From the NCBI GenBank assembly GCA_965602015.1, contig OZ271918.1, forward strand, positions 544,001-608,000: a DNA stretch of 64,000 bases, read 5' to 3'. Origin of the DNA: Salinispira sp. Its GTDB lineage: Bacteria > Spirochaetota > Spirochaetia > DSM-27196 > Salinispiraceae. Below, in pieces: positions 1 through 8,926 of this stretch (the stretch's first letter is position 1; every line of letters begins with the position of its first letter). Made by a program: the position numbers and the translations under genes. The notes under the pieces were generated by a model that was given only the letters and a program-made list of their open reading frames with translations, was not told the origin of the DNA and searched no databases.

Positions 1-1
1 T

Positions 2-991
2 CTGCCCTTTCATCCCAATGGAATGCTGTTTGAAGCTCTCGACGCCCATGCGCGGCTAATGGCCGATTGGACGGTGTACAGCACTGGCGGCGGCGCTCTT
101 TCCGAAGGGAAGCCGGTAGACGGAAACAGCGAAGGCGATATCTATCCGCTCACCAATCTCAGCGATGTAATCTCCGAATGCGCCCCGAACGGCGTTGAGT
201 TCTGGGAGTATGTGGAACACATTGAGGGACCGGGAATTTGGGATTTCCTCGCTGATGTCTGGGAGGCAATGATGCATTCGGTCGACCGGGGCCTTGAAAA
301 CAGCGGCGTCCTTCCCGGTGGTCTCGGAGTGTCGCGAAAGGCTTCGGCGTTGTACCGAAAGGCCCAACTAAGCGGCGGGCAGTCCAACAGAACCGGCTTC
401 CTGGCAGCCTATGCCCATGCGGTTTCCGAGGAAAATGCCGCTGCGGGAATTGTCGTCACCGCGCCTACCTGCGGATCCGCCGGAGTGGTTCCTGCAGTGC
501 TGAGATACCTCCACGAAACCATAAGCTGTGATAAACGGGTGTTTCTTCAGGCGCTGGCAACCGCCGGTCTGGTGGGCAATGTGGTGAAGCACAACGCTTC
601 CATCAGCGGAGCCGCGGTAGGCTGCCAGGGGGAAGTCGGCGCGGCCTGCGCAATGGCCTCGGCGGCGGCGGCCCAGGTTCTCGGGGGAACCGTCCGGCAG
701 ATAGAATACGCGGCGGAAATCGGCCTGGAACATTTCCTCGGGCTGACCTGCGATCCGGTAGCCGGTCTTGTGCAGATTCCCTGCATTGAACGCAATACCT
801 TCGGCGCCACCCGGGCGATGAGCGTTGCGGACTATGCGATGTTTACCGATGGGTACCATCGTGTGAGCTTTGACGAGGTGGTTCATGTGATGAAAAAGAC
901 CGGTCATGATCTGCCTTCATTGTACCGGGAAACCTCCGAAGGCGGGCTTGCGGTGCATCTTTCTGATCCCCGGTTTCGCCCTCTCCAGTAA
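2..991 (+). CDS. sdaA: L-serine dehydratase (Fe-S, single-chain type), 5'-truncated by the window edge
   Basis: Frame is open from base 2 (LPFHPNGM...). Motifs VVTAPTCGSAG, ASISGAAVGCQGEVG, EHFLGLTCDPVAGLVQIPCIERN and YRETSEGGLA. Confidence 0.93.
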   Translation: MPFHPNGMLFEALDAHARLMADWTVYSTGGGALSEGKPVDGNSEGDIYPLTNLSDVISECAPNGVEFWEYVEHIEGPGIWDFLADVWEAMMHSVDRGLENSGVLPGGLGVSRKASALYRKAQLSGGQSNRTGFLAAYAHAVSEENAAAGIVVTAPTCGSAGVVPAVLRYLHETISCDKRVFLQALATAGLVGNVVKHNASISGAAVGCQGEVGAACAMASAAAAQVLGGTVRQIEYAAEIGLEHFLGLTCDPVAGLVQIPCIERNTFGATRAMSVADYAMFTDGYHRVSFDEVVHVMKKTGHDLPSLYRETSEGGLAVHLSDPRFRPLQ

Positions 992-1049
992 CAGTCAATG
1001 GGATTACGGCTCCCCGGTGTGACCTTCCCACTCCCGACATCTACCCATG

Positions 1050-2744
1050 TTAGGTAAGAACAACAGCGGTATGGACTTTGCCGGCCCGCTCGTGGCTGGC
1101 GGTAAGCATTAGTTCAGTTCCGCTCGGTGCCTTGATGACCCATTCCACACTCGCCCTATCCGGATAAAACTGTCCCTGAAACATGGTCCAGGGAGTAACC
1201 GCAGTATGGGAATATGAGCGGCCCTCAAGCTGTTCTCCGATAACCCGTTTCTTTCCCGAAAGCAGGGCAGCGCCCTCGGGAATATCAATTTCATAACAGA
1301 CGCCCCGGACGATTTTTTTCTCAATCGCCTGTTTGGATACATATGTGGGGAGCCAGCCGTTGTTTTGCACCGACATTTTCACAAGCCAGGAATCCTGGCC
1401 CGTCTGTTCCACCTCGGTCTTGAAAATCTCCAGGCAGGGGGAAATGGCGAGATGCCATACCAGCCAATCGGTAAACGGCGCAATTTCCGCCTCGAGGTAG
1501 GCGCCGGGGGGATTTCGCCAGCAATAAAGATAGTCCCATCCGCCGAGCTCCACGCTGCCTAGATCAGGATGCTCGAAGGGGTACCAGTCGATGTATCCCT
1601 TTCCGTCGAGTTTTTCATCGCTCCATTTTATCATCTTTATATCGTCTTCAATCGGATGATTGCGGTACCAGTCTATGTAGTGTTTCGGTTCAACCCCGGC
1701 CTGACGCTGGGGACTCCAAATTTCCACCGTCCAGGAAAACAGGCCCAGGTGGGAGAACAGCCATTCATCAAAACCGCCGGTAATAACCTGCTTGGGGTGA
1801 TAGCGAAAATCATGGTACACCGAGTACACCGGATAGCCGGTTATTTCTGTCGCCTTTTCACCGATCTCCTTGTATACCCACAGATCTTCAGGAGCAAAAT
1901 CATCATCAGGGTGGGTCTCGAAGGGTCGCAGGATGACTCCGCTCCAGGTATGAAAGGCGACGCCGCCGGTAATATTCCGGTGAGCAGTGATAAAATCAAC
2001 GGCAGCCCGCACTTCAGGTTCGGATCCGGGGTAGGGACCTGCGCCGATTTGTTCACCTTCGCCTCTCCAGTTCGCCGGAAAGTTTCTGTTGAAATCCAGG
2101 CCCTGTTTTTTCTTGGCCCAGTCGATTCTGATTCCGTCGAAATCCTTTACCCGGCCCTCACGGAGTACCCGGTAATACTGACCTCCGCTTTCCGCCGGAT
2201 CTCTTCTTACCATTAGTCGGGGGTCTGCTTCCGAGGTCTTCCACTGCCCGTCGGGATCGGGAATACGCATGGAAAGAATCCGGCCGTCACCGTCAACATC
2301 CCGGGCTTCAAGCCCTTCTGTGGGATCCTCGTCAAACGGCCAGGGGCGGGTTCCCGAACGAACCTCTTCGAGCCGGTCTGAGAGAATGAGCTCAGCACCG
2401 TCGGGGTTAAGCCGGGGACAAATATAAAACGCCCGGGTGTCCAAAACGCGGGTAATTTGGGGATCCTGGCCATATCTGCGAATCAGTTTGTTAATCGCGT
2501 ATAAGCAGGCCGAAGAGGGTGCGAGCTCCGTGGCATGAATATTTCCATCCACCCACATCGCCGGCTTGTCAGCCGCTGGCCCGGTCTTGCTGTTGGTTAT
2601 TTCTACGAGCGGAATACTGCGGCCCTCATGACTTGTACCTATTGAAACCAGAGTGCACAGCTGCGGATACTCAGACTCGAACTGCTTCAGGATTCCGGTG
2701 AGATCATCATAATTGTAGTAGCGGTCAAACTGCACGTCAGCCAT
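1050..2744 (-). CDS. M14-family zinc metallocarboxypeptidase
   Basis: Zn ligand motifs GNIHATE and AFHTWSG, plus LNPDG and DFNRNF. Start moved to ATG 2744, which follows a GGAGG RBS. Confidence 0.88.
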   Translation of the reverse strand: MADVQFDRYYNYDDLTGILKQFESEYPQLCTLVSIGTSHEGRSIPLVEITNSKTGPAADKPAMWVDGNIHATELAPSSACLYAINKLIRRYGQDPQITRVLDTRAFYICPRLNPDGAELILSDRLEEVRSGTRPWPFDEDPTEGLEARDVDGDGRILSMRIPDPDGQWKTSEADPRLMVRRDPAESGGQYYRVLREGRVKDFDGIRIDWAKKKQGLDFNRNFPANWRGEGEQIGAGPYPGSEPEVRAAVDFITAHRNITGGVAFHTWSGVILRPFETHPDDDFAPEDLWVYKEIGEKATEITGYPVYSVYHDFRYHPKQVITGGFDEWLFSHLGLFSWTVEIWSPQRQAGVEPKHYIDWYRNHPIEDDIKMIKWSDEKLDGKGYIDWYPFEHPDLGSVELGGWDYLYCWRNPPGAYLEAEIAPFTDWLVWHLAISPCLEIFKTEVEQTGQDSWLVKMSVQNNGWLPTYVSKQAIEKKIVRGVCYEIDIPEGAALLSGKKRVIGEQLEGRSYSHTAVTPWTMFQGQFYPDRASVEWVIKAPSGTELMLTASHERAGKVHTAVVLT

Positions 2745-2808
2745 GGAAGCCTCCTGGTATTTGCTATGAAAGTATACCATGAGACAATCCGGCTCAGCGA
2801 AAAGATTA

Positions 2809-3266
2809 GCTTCAAGTCCAGATGCTTATCGATAAAAAAAAGCTTCCAGATCCTTATAGATCTGAAAGCTTTTTTTGATGCGGCGAACTGGACTTGCCCT
2901 CCGGTCGTCGCCATCGTGGCTCCTCCCTCCGGGCCGCCTCCGTCGCTAAATCGCCGTCCAGGCGATTTGCGCTCGCAGCGCTCGCGCCGCTCCTCCGTTT
3001 CAAGTCCAGCTATTTGGCCATAAAAAAAGCTCGTCGATCTAAAGATCAACGAGCTTTCTTTGCGGCGAACTGGACTTGGTCTACAGCCTTCGGCGTCCTG
3101 CCTCAGGCTTCCGACCCGTCTCAGCTCCTGATTTGCCATCCCGGCAATTCGCGCTCCAGGTGTTCGCGCCGGAGCTTCGCTTCAAGTCCAGATGCTTATC
3201 GATAAAAAAAAGCTTCCAGATCCTTATAGATCTGAAAGCTTTTTTTGATGCGGCGAACTGGACTTG
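2809..3266 (-). repeat. tRNA-linked repeat array: 3 copies of [tRNA-Leu 3' 18 nt + terminator + CTGGACTTGAA] separated by two 102-bp spacers
   Basis: 2809-2896 and 3179-3266 are identical over 88 bp; a variant copy lies at 2999-3078. Each contains tgcggcgaactggacttg, the reverse complement of the tRNA 3' end. Confidence 0.95.
3204..3246. terminator. Bidirectional intrinsic terminator directly after tRNA-Leu (copies at ~2834-2876 and variant ~3022-3061)
   Basis: A8-gcttccagatc-cttata-gatctgaaagc-T7 hairpin with A- and T-tracts on either side. Confidence 0.85.
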
Positions 3267-3332
3267 AACCAGCACGTCCTAACGGACACTAGCCCCTCAA
3301 GCTAGCGCGTCTACCAATTCCGCCACCGCCGC
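3249..3332 (-). tRNA. tRNA-Leu(GAG)
   Basis: Reverse complement GCGGCGGTGGCGGAATTGGTAGACGCGCTAGCTTGAGGGGCTAG...GGTTCAAGTCCAGTTCGCCGCA. Anticodon arm CTAGC-TTGAGGG-GCTAG, long variable arm, CCA not encoded. Confidence 0.97.
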
Positions 3333-3383
3333 AGGTAGACATTTTCGCGCACTGCCTAAAAGCCGCCGCGAAATGTAAGCGTG

Positions 3384-3412
3384 ATATTATCGAAGCATTG
3401 CGAACGTGTCAA
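3384..3412 (-). promoter_or_regulatory. sigma70-type promoter of tRNA-Leu
   Basis: TTGACA-N17-TAATAT on the minus strand, ~50 bp upstream of the tRNA. Confidence 0.7.
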
Positions 3413-3434
3413 CAGAAAATAGTCAAAGCCACGC

Positions 3435-4109
3435 TTAGCCTTTATCTTTGGTTTTCCGCTGTGTTGACGCCAGCTCATCAATGCTGATTCCGCGGTAATC
3501 CGTAATTGTTTTGAGGCAACCTGCGGCCCTGAGCTCCGATCTGCTATGGGTGCTTTCAATACCAATAACCCGTACACCCAAGTGACGAGCCGCCTCAATT
3601 CCCGCGAAGGAATCTTCGAAAATGACCGCTTCATCGGGACGGATATCCAATAACGACAGGGTCCTGGCAAATATTTCCGGATCGGGCTTTCCTTTAGTGA
3701 TGTCCTGGCTGCCGCTGATAGCGTTAAAATAATCGCGAATTCCAAGACCGTCTAGAATAAAATCAATATTCGGTTTGTCCCCCATGGTCGCCAACGCGAT
3801 TTTGAGGCCACAGGATCGGGCTTCCGCAAGAAAGGCCGATAGTCCCCGTACTTCCTTCATCTCCGGTTTATACATCTTCCTGTAGAGCTGCTCTTTTTCC
3901 TGCCCCAAAGAAATGAGTTGTTGGCGGTCCGTGTCGATTCCGAAAAACCGGCCGATCACCTCATCAATGGTTCCCTGGATGGCGCGTTGAGCATCAGCGG
4001 CCGTCAGATGCACCCCGTGACGGCTGAGAAACTCGATCCATGAGCGCTGATGGACATGCATGTTATCAACCAATGTGCCGTCCATATCAAAAATCAAGGC
4101 GCGAATCAT
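3435..4109 (-). CDS. HAD-family phosphatase (beta-phosphoglucomutase-like)
   Basis: Motifs FDMDGTLVD, GKPDPEIF and FEDSFAGI. Confidence 0.9.
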   Translation of the reverse strand: MIRALIFDMDGTLVDNMHVHQRSWIEFLSRHGVHLTAADAQRAIQGTIDEVIGRFFGIDTDRQQLISLGQEKEQLYRKMYKPEMKEVRGLSAFLAEARSCGLKIALATMGDKPNIDFILDGLGIRDYFNAISGSQDITKGKPDPEIFARTLSLLDIRPDEAVIFEDSFAGIEAARHLGVRVIGIESTHSRSELRAAGCLKTITDYRGISIDELASTQRKTKDKG

Positions 4110-4190
4110 TTTGCGATCAAACCCCCGGGGTACCCGCCCAAAACTGTCTGGCCCCGCGGAAATCCGCGAGGCCTGCCTGGACCACCTTTT

Positions 4191-6002
4191 TTATGCAAGT
4201 AAATCTTCCAGCTCGTCCACCAGATTGCCGAATAGTTTCATGGCGTTGTTCACCGGCTCGGGTTTCGACATGTCAACGCCGGCGACCTTCAGGCTGTCGA
4301 TTGGAAAACGGCTGCCGCCGCTTTTCAGAAACTTGAAGTAATCCTCGCGTTCCCCGTCGCCTCCTTCCAGGACACGGGTGCTTAGGGCGATGGCAGCGCT
4401 CAAACCGGTTGCATATTTATAGACATAGAATGCCCGGTAAAAGTGCGGTATTCGAAGCCCCTCCATGCTGGCAAGTTCGGGAATTTCCACATCAGGCCCA
4501 AAATAGGTCTCAAGCAGTTTGCGGTATTCGTCCCGAAAACTCTGAACCGTCATTGCCTGCCCGCCTTCGACGAGTTCGTGGCAGCGCAGTTCATACTCGG
4601 CAAACATGGTCTGGCGGAAAATAGTGCCTATCATATCGTCGACCCTTTTATTCACCAGGTAGGCTTTGAGTTTAGGATCGTCGGTCTTATTCAACATGTG
4701 AGTGAACAGGAGCTGTTCGTTGAATGTGGAGGCCACTTCCGCTTCGAAAATAGTGTAATTGTAATGGGGAAAGGGGTTGCTCTTGGAGGAATACCAGGAG
4801 TGCATTGAGTGTCCCCCCTCATGGGCCAGGGTAAACACATCCCGAAGCAGGTCCTCCTTGAAATTCATAAGAATATAGGGTTCGCCGATAAAACTGCCTG
4901 CGCTGAACGCCCCGCTGCGTTTTCCCTTGTTCTCATACTTGTCGACCCAGCCGCCAGAAGGACCGCCCTTGAGGCCTTTTGCAATGGTTGCCACATATTC
5001 TTCGCCCAGGGGAGCCAATGCCTCGGTGATTACTTCAACCGCCTGGTCATAGCTGTGGTTCATCGTCACATCGCCAACAAGGGGAACCCGGGTGTCGATG
5101 AGAGAAAAGTCTTTTATTCCCAGTACCTTCTTTCTCAAACCGTAGTATCGGTGGAGCAGGGGAAGCTGATCGTTCACACTGTTTACCAGATTGTGATACA
5201 CCGACGGGTCCACGTTGTCCGGAAACAGGGCCGCCTCAAGGGATGATCCGTACCCTCGTACCCTGGCGCGGTATATATCCTGATTGATGCTGCCGGCATA
5301 TAGGCTGGAAATGGTGTTTTTATGATTTTCAAGTTCGGAGTGGTATTGGGTGAATGCGTTGCGCCGAACATCCCGGTCGCTGCTTTGCATAAAGCTGGCC
5401 AAGGTGCTGTTGGTCAGCGGTTTTCGCCCTTCTGGGGTATCGATCTCGCCAAAATCGATATCTACATCAAGCAACGCGTCAAAGGTCTTGGAAGGAGTCT
5501 GACTGCTTTCTGCCTGCATGGCGAGAAGCCGTTCTTCCTTGTCACTGAGGATGTGGGGTTTATAACGCAATAGCTTGCTGAGGAAAATCCGGTAATCGGC
5601 GAAATCCTCGCGTTTCAACCAGGCTTCGATGCTGCTTTTCTCGATAGTCTGAATTTCCGGGGCTATAAAGCTTGTCGCTGCTTCGGCCTTTGCGGCCACC
5701 TGCATAAAACGGCCCTGACGGGATTGGCTCTCTGAATCACCCTGATCTTCCGCCATGCGGAGGAAGGCATAATACCCCAGGCGCTCGGAGAGCAAGTCGA
5801 GTTTGAAGTTGAGCTGAAGGCACTCGAGCAGTTTTTCCGCCGAATTACCCAGGCTTCCCTTGTATGCCTCTATGGCGGGGTAGGATTTTTCCAGTTCGGT
5901 AAGGCCGCGTTCCCATTCCTCGGGTCCGTTATACAGGGCGGAAAGATTCCATCTCTGGTCGGCCGGAACGGCGTTTCTTTCGCGCGTGGGATTAATGCTC
6001 AT
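4191..6002 (-). CDS. pepF: Oligoendopeptidase F (M3B)
   Basis: Motifs GKRSGAFS, TLAHEGGHSMH, EAEVASTFNE and PHFYRAFYVYKYATG. Confidence 0.95.
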   Translation of the reverse strand: MSINPTRERNAVPADQRWNLSALYNGPEEWERGLTELEKSYPAIEAYKGSLGNSAEKLLECLQLNFKLDLLSERLGYYAFLRMAEDQGDSESQSRQGRFMQVAAKAEAATSFIAPEIQTIEKSSIEAWLKREDFADYRIFLSKLLRYKPHILSDKEERLLAMQAESSQTPSKTFDALLDVDIDFGEIDTPEGRKPLTNSTLASFMQSSDRDVRRNAFTQYHSELENHKNTISSLYAGSINQDIYRARVRGYGSSLEAALFPDNVDPSVYHNLVNSVNDQLPLLHRYYGLRKKVLGIKDFSLIDTRVPLVGDVTMNHSYDQAVEVITEALAPLGEEYVATIAKGLKGGPSGGWVDKYENKGKRSGAFSAGSFIGEPYILMNFKEDLLRDVFTLAHEGGHSMHSWYSSKSNPFPHYNYTIFEAEVASTFNEQLLFTHMLNKTDDPKLKAYLVNKRVDDMIGTIFRQTMFAEYELRCHELVEGGQAMTVQSFRDEYRKLLETYFGPDVEIPELASMEGLRIPHFYRAFYVYKYATGLSAAIALSTRVLEGGDGEREDYFKFLKSGGSRFPIDSLKVAGVDMSKPEPVNNAMKLFGNLVDELEDLLA

Positions 6003-6097
6003 GATGGCTCCTTGTTGATTATGTAATGATGTATGTGTGTTTTTAGAGTACGAAGCAATCCGGATTCCGGCAAGCAGAATCTCGCGGCTGATTACTT

Positions 6098-6763
6098 CTA
6101 ATTCCCCCGGTCGCTGTCTGCTCCGAGAGATTCCAAGAAGGAGAGAATGCGGCGCGTTGCCTTTGCTCTATGGCTGACTCTGGCTTTTTCTCCAGCCGGA
6201 AGATCGGCCACGCTTATTCCCCGTTCAGGAAGGAAGAAGATCGGATCGTAACCAAAACCGCCCGAAGCAGTTGAGGGTTCAGGGGCGATTTCACCCTCCC
6301 AGGTCTCCTGTGCAGTGAAAAAACGATTGTTATTGATCAACAGGCTCATACAGCAGACATATCTGGCGCTCCGCTTGTTCTTTCCCGCAAGTATTTCTAG
6401 CAGGAGCGCATTTTGCTCGGCAGGGCTGAGCTTTCTTCCAGCTTCCCGGTGGCCGAACCGCGCTGAGAAAATTCCCGGTGCTCCGTCGAGGGCGTCCACG
6501 CAAATTCCCGAATCATCGGCGAGCACCGGCGGTAGAGGGCATTCGGGAAAGCGGTTCTCAAAGGCTTTCTTCCCGGTTCTGCTGGTCAACAGTTGGTATA
6601 GTTCCCTCGCCTTTATCAGGCTATTTTCGAGAAAACTGTTTCCGTCCTCCGTTGGGTCGAAATCCGGGAAGATGGAGCCAACAGGTATTAATTGGTGACC
6701 GGTTAGTATATCCTGCAGTTCTTCAATTTTATGTTGATTATTGCTGGCAATAATAAGGTTCAT
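6098..6763 (-). CDS. rdgB: Non-canonical purine NTP pyrophosphatase (Ham1/RdgB)
   Basis: Motifs ASNNQHK, ADDSGICVDALDGAPGIFSARF, GFGYDPIF and SHR. Confidence 0.93.
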   Translation of the reverse strand: MNLIIASNNQHKIEELQDILTGHQLIPVGSIFPDFDPTEDGNSFLENSLIKARELYQLLTSRTGKKAFENRFPECPLPPVLADDSGICVDALDGAPGIFSARFGHREAGRKLSPAEQNALLLEILAGKNKRSARYVCCMSLLINNNRFFTAQETWEGEIAPEPSTASGGFGYDPIFFLPERGISVADLPAGEKARVSHRAKATRRILSFLESLGADSDRGN

Positions 6764-6790
6764 GCACGCAGAATACCCGCAGACCTGCGG

Positions 6791-7702
6791 TCATTCAAGG
6801 GAAAATCGGGAGAGCTCCCGGAAACCGAAGCCTCCGCGCTCCCGATGCCGCCGCTGAAGACTGAATAAATTGCTGTCCACCGTTCCCTTGGGAATACCGG
6901 TCACCTTTGCAATCTCCCTGTGAGTGGAAAAGAGATTCGAAGCGAACAGATTTTTCTGTGTGCGCCGCATTCTCTCTACCAGAGACAGGCGGCGCCCATC
7001 GCAGCCCTCATAGCCCTTGACTTGGAGAAAACGACTGTTTCTGCATGTAATTATCGACTGTATTCGCTCCATCCGAGGGATGAGCAGGCGGTGAAGCTCT
7101 TGCCTCATGCCTAAAAGGAGTATTTCGGAAACTTTGGTGTATTTTGCCAGCTTGCAAATGATTGAATCATCCCAAAACATCGAGTGTTTGAGGGCCAGGA
7201 GCAAAATACTTTTTCGTTCAGATTTGATATGTTTTAAAGGCTGGCGGTACCTGCTATGGAACGTGATTTGAGGACGCTCGGTCGGCGGCGGATTGACCGA
7301 CAGCTCAAACACCGCCGGTCCGCGGGATTCAGGCCACAGCGAAGCCGAGGTATCGGGATAAAACCCAGTGCTATTGAGTATCACCTGGTAGCTGTCCCGA
7401 AAAATCGAAACGAGCCGTTTCTGCTTGTCGCCCTCCCTGGTCTCCCGCCCCTTGAAGGTCCTGGCCTGGAAGAAAATAATCTTTCGAAGATATGATTCGA
7501 AAGCAAGCCGCTGGAATTTGAAACGCATAATTGCCCGCAGAAGTTTTGGACGAAGGCTGAGATAGAGTTCATCGATTTCCGTGTGTGTCCAGTCCCTTCG
7601 GCAGCCGAGGGTTTCGCGAAAAATTGTTCGCATGTGTAGGAGAATGTCGCTGAGCGTCCAGCAACCCTGTTGGTAGCAGAGAATTTTTTGGGTCAGATTC
7701 AT
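6791..7702 (-). CDS. Hypothetical basic protein with a C-terminal HTH resembling sigma region 4
   Basis: Long ORF with a GGAGGG RBS before ATG 7702. C-terminus STHREIAKVTGIPKGTVDSNL. Confidence 0.65.
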   Translation of the reverse strand: MNLTQKILCYQQGCWTLSDILLHMRTIFRETLGCRRDWTHTEIDELYLSLRPKLLRAIMRFKFQRLAFESYLRKIIFFQARTFKGRETREGDKQKRLVSIFRDSYQVILNSTGFYPDTSASLWPESRGPAVFELSVNPPPTERPQITFHSRYRQPLKHIKSERKSILLLALKHSMFWDDSIICKLAKYTKVSEILLLGMRQELHRLLIPRMERIQSIITCRNSRFLQVKGYEGCDGRRLSLVERMRRTQKNLFASNLFSTHREIAKVTGIPKGTVDSNLFSLQRRHRERGGFGFRELSRFSLE

Positions 7703-7861
7703 GATTCCCTCCGGCATAAATCGTTCGGGAGCGCATTTACACAACCCCCGGTAATAAGGTTCTGCTTGGACCACCGGGCGGATTATTTATTTTTGTACTG
7801 AAAATCGTATTTGTAAAGAGCAAATTGGCTTTTTTATCCGGATTCTCTAATTTATACGTTA

Positions 7862-8845
7862 TTACTTGTTGAGTAGTTCACCGATGCGGGTTCGGATTTT
7901 TTCGAAGGTTTCGCCAAGGGGAAGATCTATGGTAAATCCCGCGGCTCTGGCGTGTCCCCCGCCTCCGAACTCAGCGGCCAGGGCGCCGCCGTCAATCGCC
8001 TGGGACGTGCGGATACTCCCGGTTGTACGGCCGGGAACCTCCTCCCGGAGCACAAGCAGTATTTCCGTCTGATCAACATTCATGAGCTGCTGATACAGGC
8101 TGTCGGAATCCCGGTTTGGCCTGCCGTAGCGGGCGATATCTTCATGGGTCTCCCAGGTGTACAGAAGGCGGCCGTCAAAGTAGGACTCAACTCGCTGCAG
8201 CATGAGTCCCAGGTGTTTTCTGCTCTCGAGACTGACCCCATGGGAAATTTTTTCATATATTTTCCGGGGGGAAGCGCCGGCTTCCACCAGTTTGGCAATC
8301 ATCTGAAAGCTGACATGGGTCCGTTCATCCAGATGCCGGAAAAAACCAGTATCGGTGGTGAACGCGAAGAAAATATATTCGGATTCTATTTGGCTAGGCG
8401 CATAGCCCATTTCCTCGATTATCTGCTGTACCAGGAGGCTCGTTGAGGGGGCCGTCGGATTGATGAAGCGGATATCGCCGAAGGGTTTGCCGGTGCTGTG
8501 ATGGTCGATGATCGCAGTGCTAAGATAGGCAATATCCTCATACAACTCGCCGATCCGGTCGCTGGTAGAGCAATCAAGGACAATTGCAGCGCTATTTTTT
8601 TTATCAGAAAGAAGTTCAGCGGGAATTCTTTTCGCGAACAGCGGCTCGAATTCGTTTATTTCCCTTCGGCCGAAGGGGCCGGGATTAAAATAATGGACGG
8701 ATTTCCCGATGCGCGAGAGGAACTCTCCAAGGGCCAGGGAAGAGCCGACGCAATCACCATCGGGATCGATGTGGGAGATAAGAAAAAACCGCTGGTGGCT
8801 TTCAAAGAATGGTATGAGATCCGAGGGCAGTGATTGGCTTTCCAT
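7862..8845 (-). CDS. nrnA: DHH/DHHA1 phosphoesterase (NrnA-like oligoribonuclease/pAp phosphatase)
   Basis: Motifs SHIDPDGD, IIDHH, TDTGFF and GGGGHARAAG. Confidence 0.9.
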   Translation of the reverse strand: MESQSLPSDLIPFFESHQRFFLISHIDPDGDCVGSSLALGEFLSRIGKSVHYFNPGPFGRREINEFEPLFAKRIPAELLSDKKNSAAIVLDCSTSDRIGELYEDIAYLSTAIIDHHSTGKPFGDIRFINPTAPSTSLLVQQIIEEMGYAPSQIESEYIFFAFTTDTGFFRHLDERTHVSFQMIAKLVEAGASPRKIYEKISHGVSLESRKHLGLMLQRVESYFDGRLLYTWETHEDIARYGRPNRDSDSLYQQLMNVDQTEILLVLREEVPGRTTGSIRTSQAIDGGALAAEFGGGGHARAAGFTIDLPLGETFEKIRTRIGELLNK

Positions 8846-8926
8846 AGTTATACCAGAAAAATACCCCAACTGTGCGTTGGGGTATTTAGCATGAATCTTC
8901 GCCGGTGAAAATGAGAAAGACGGCGG

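Noticed and set aside
2809..3266. CRISPR array
   Set aside because: Repeats are 80-88 bp and contain terminators and tRNA sequence, the spacers are homologous to each other, and no cas genes are present.
2879..3266. attL/attR of an integrated prophage or ICE at tRNA-Leu
   Set aside because: The copies are only ~185 bp apart with no integrase or cargo between them. Origin as an old scar cannot be fully excluded.
2687..3275. Short ORFs across the repeat array
   Set aside because: They overlap terminators and the tRNA, lack an RBS, and their translations only mirror the repeats.
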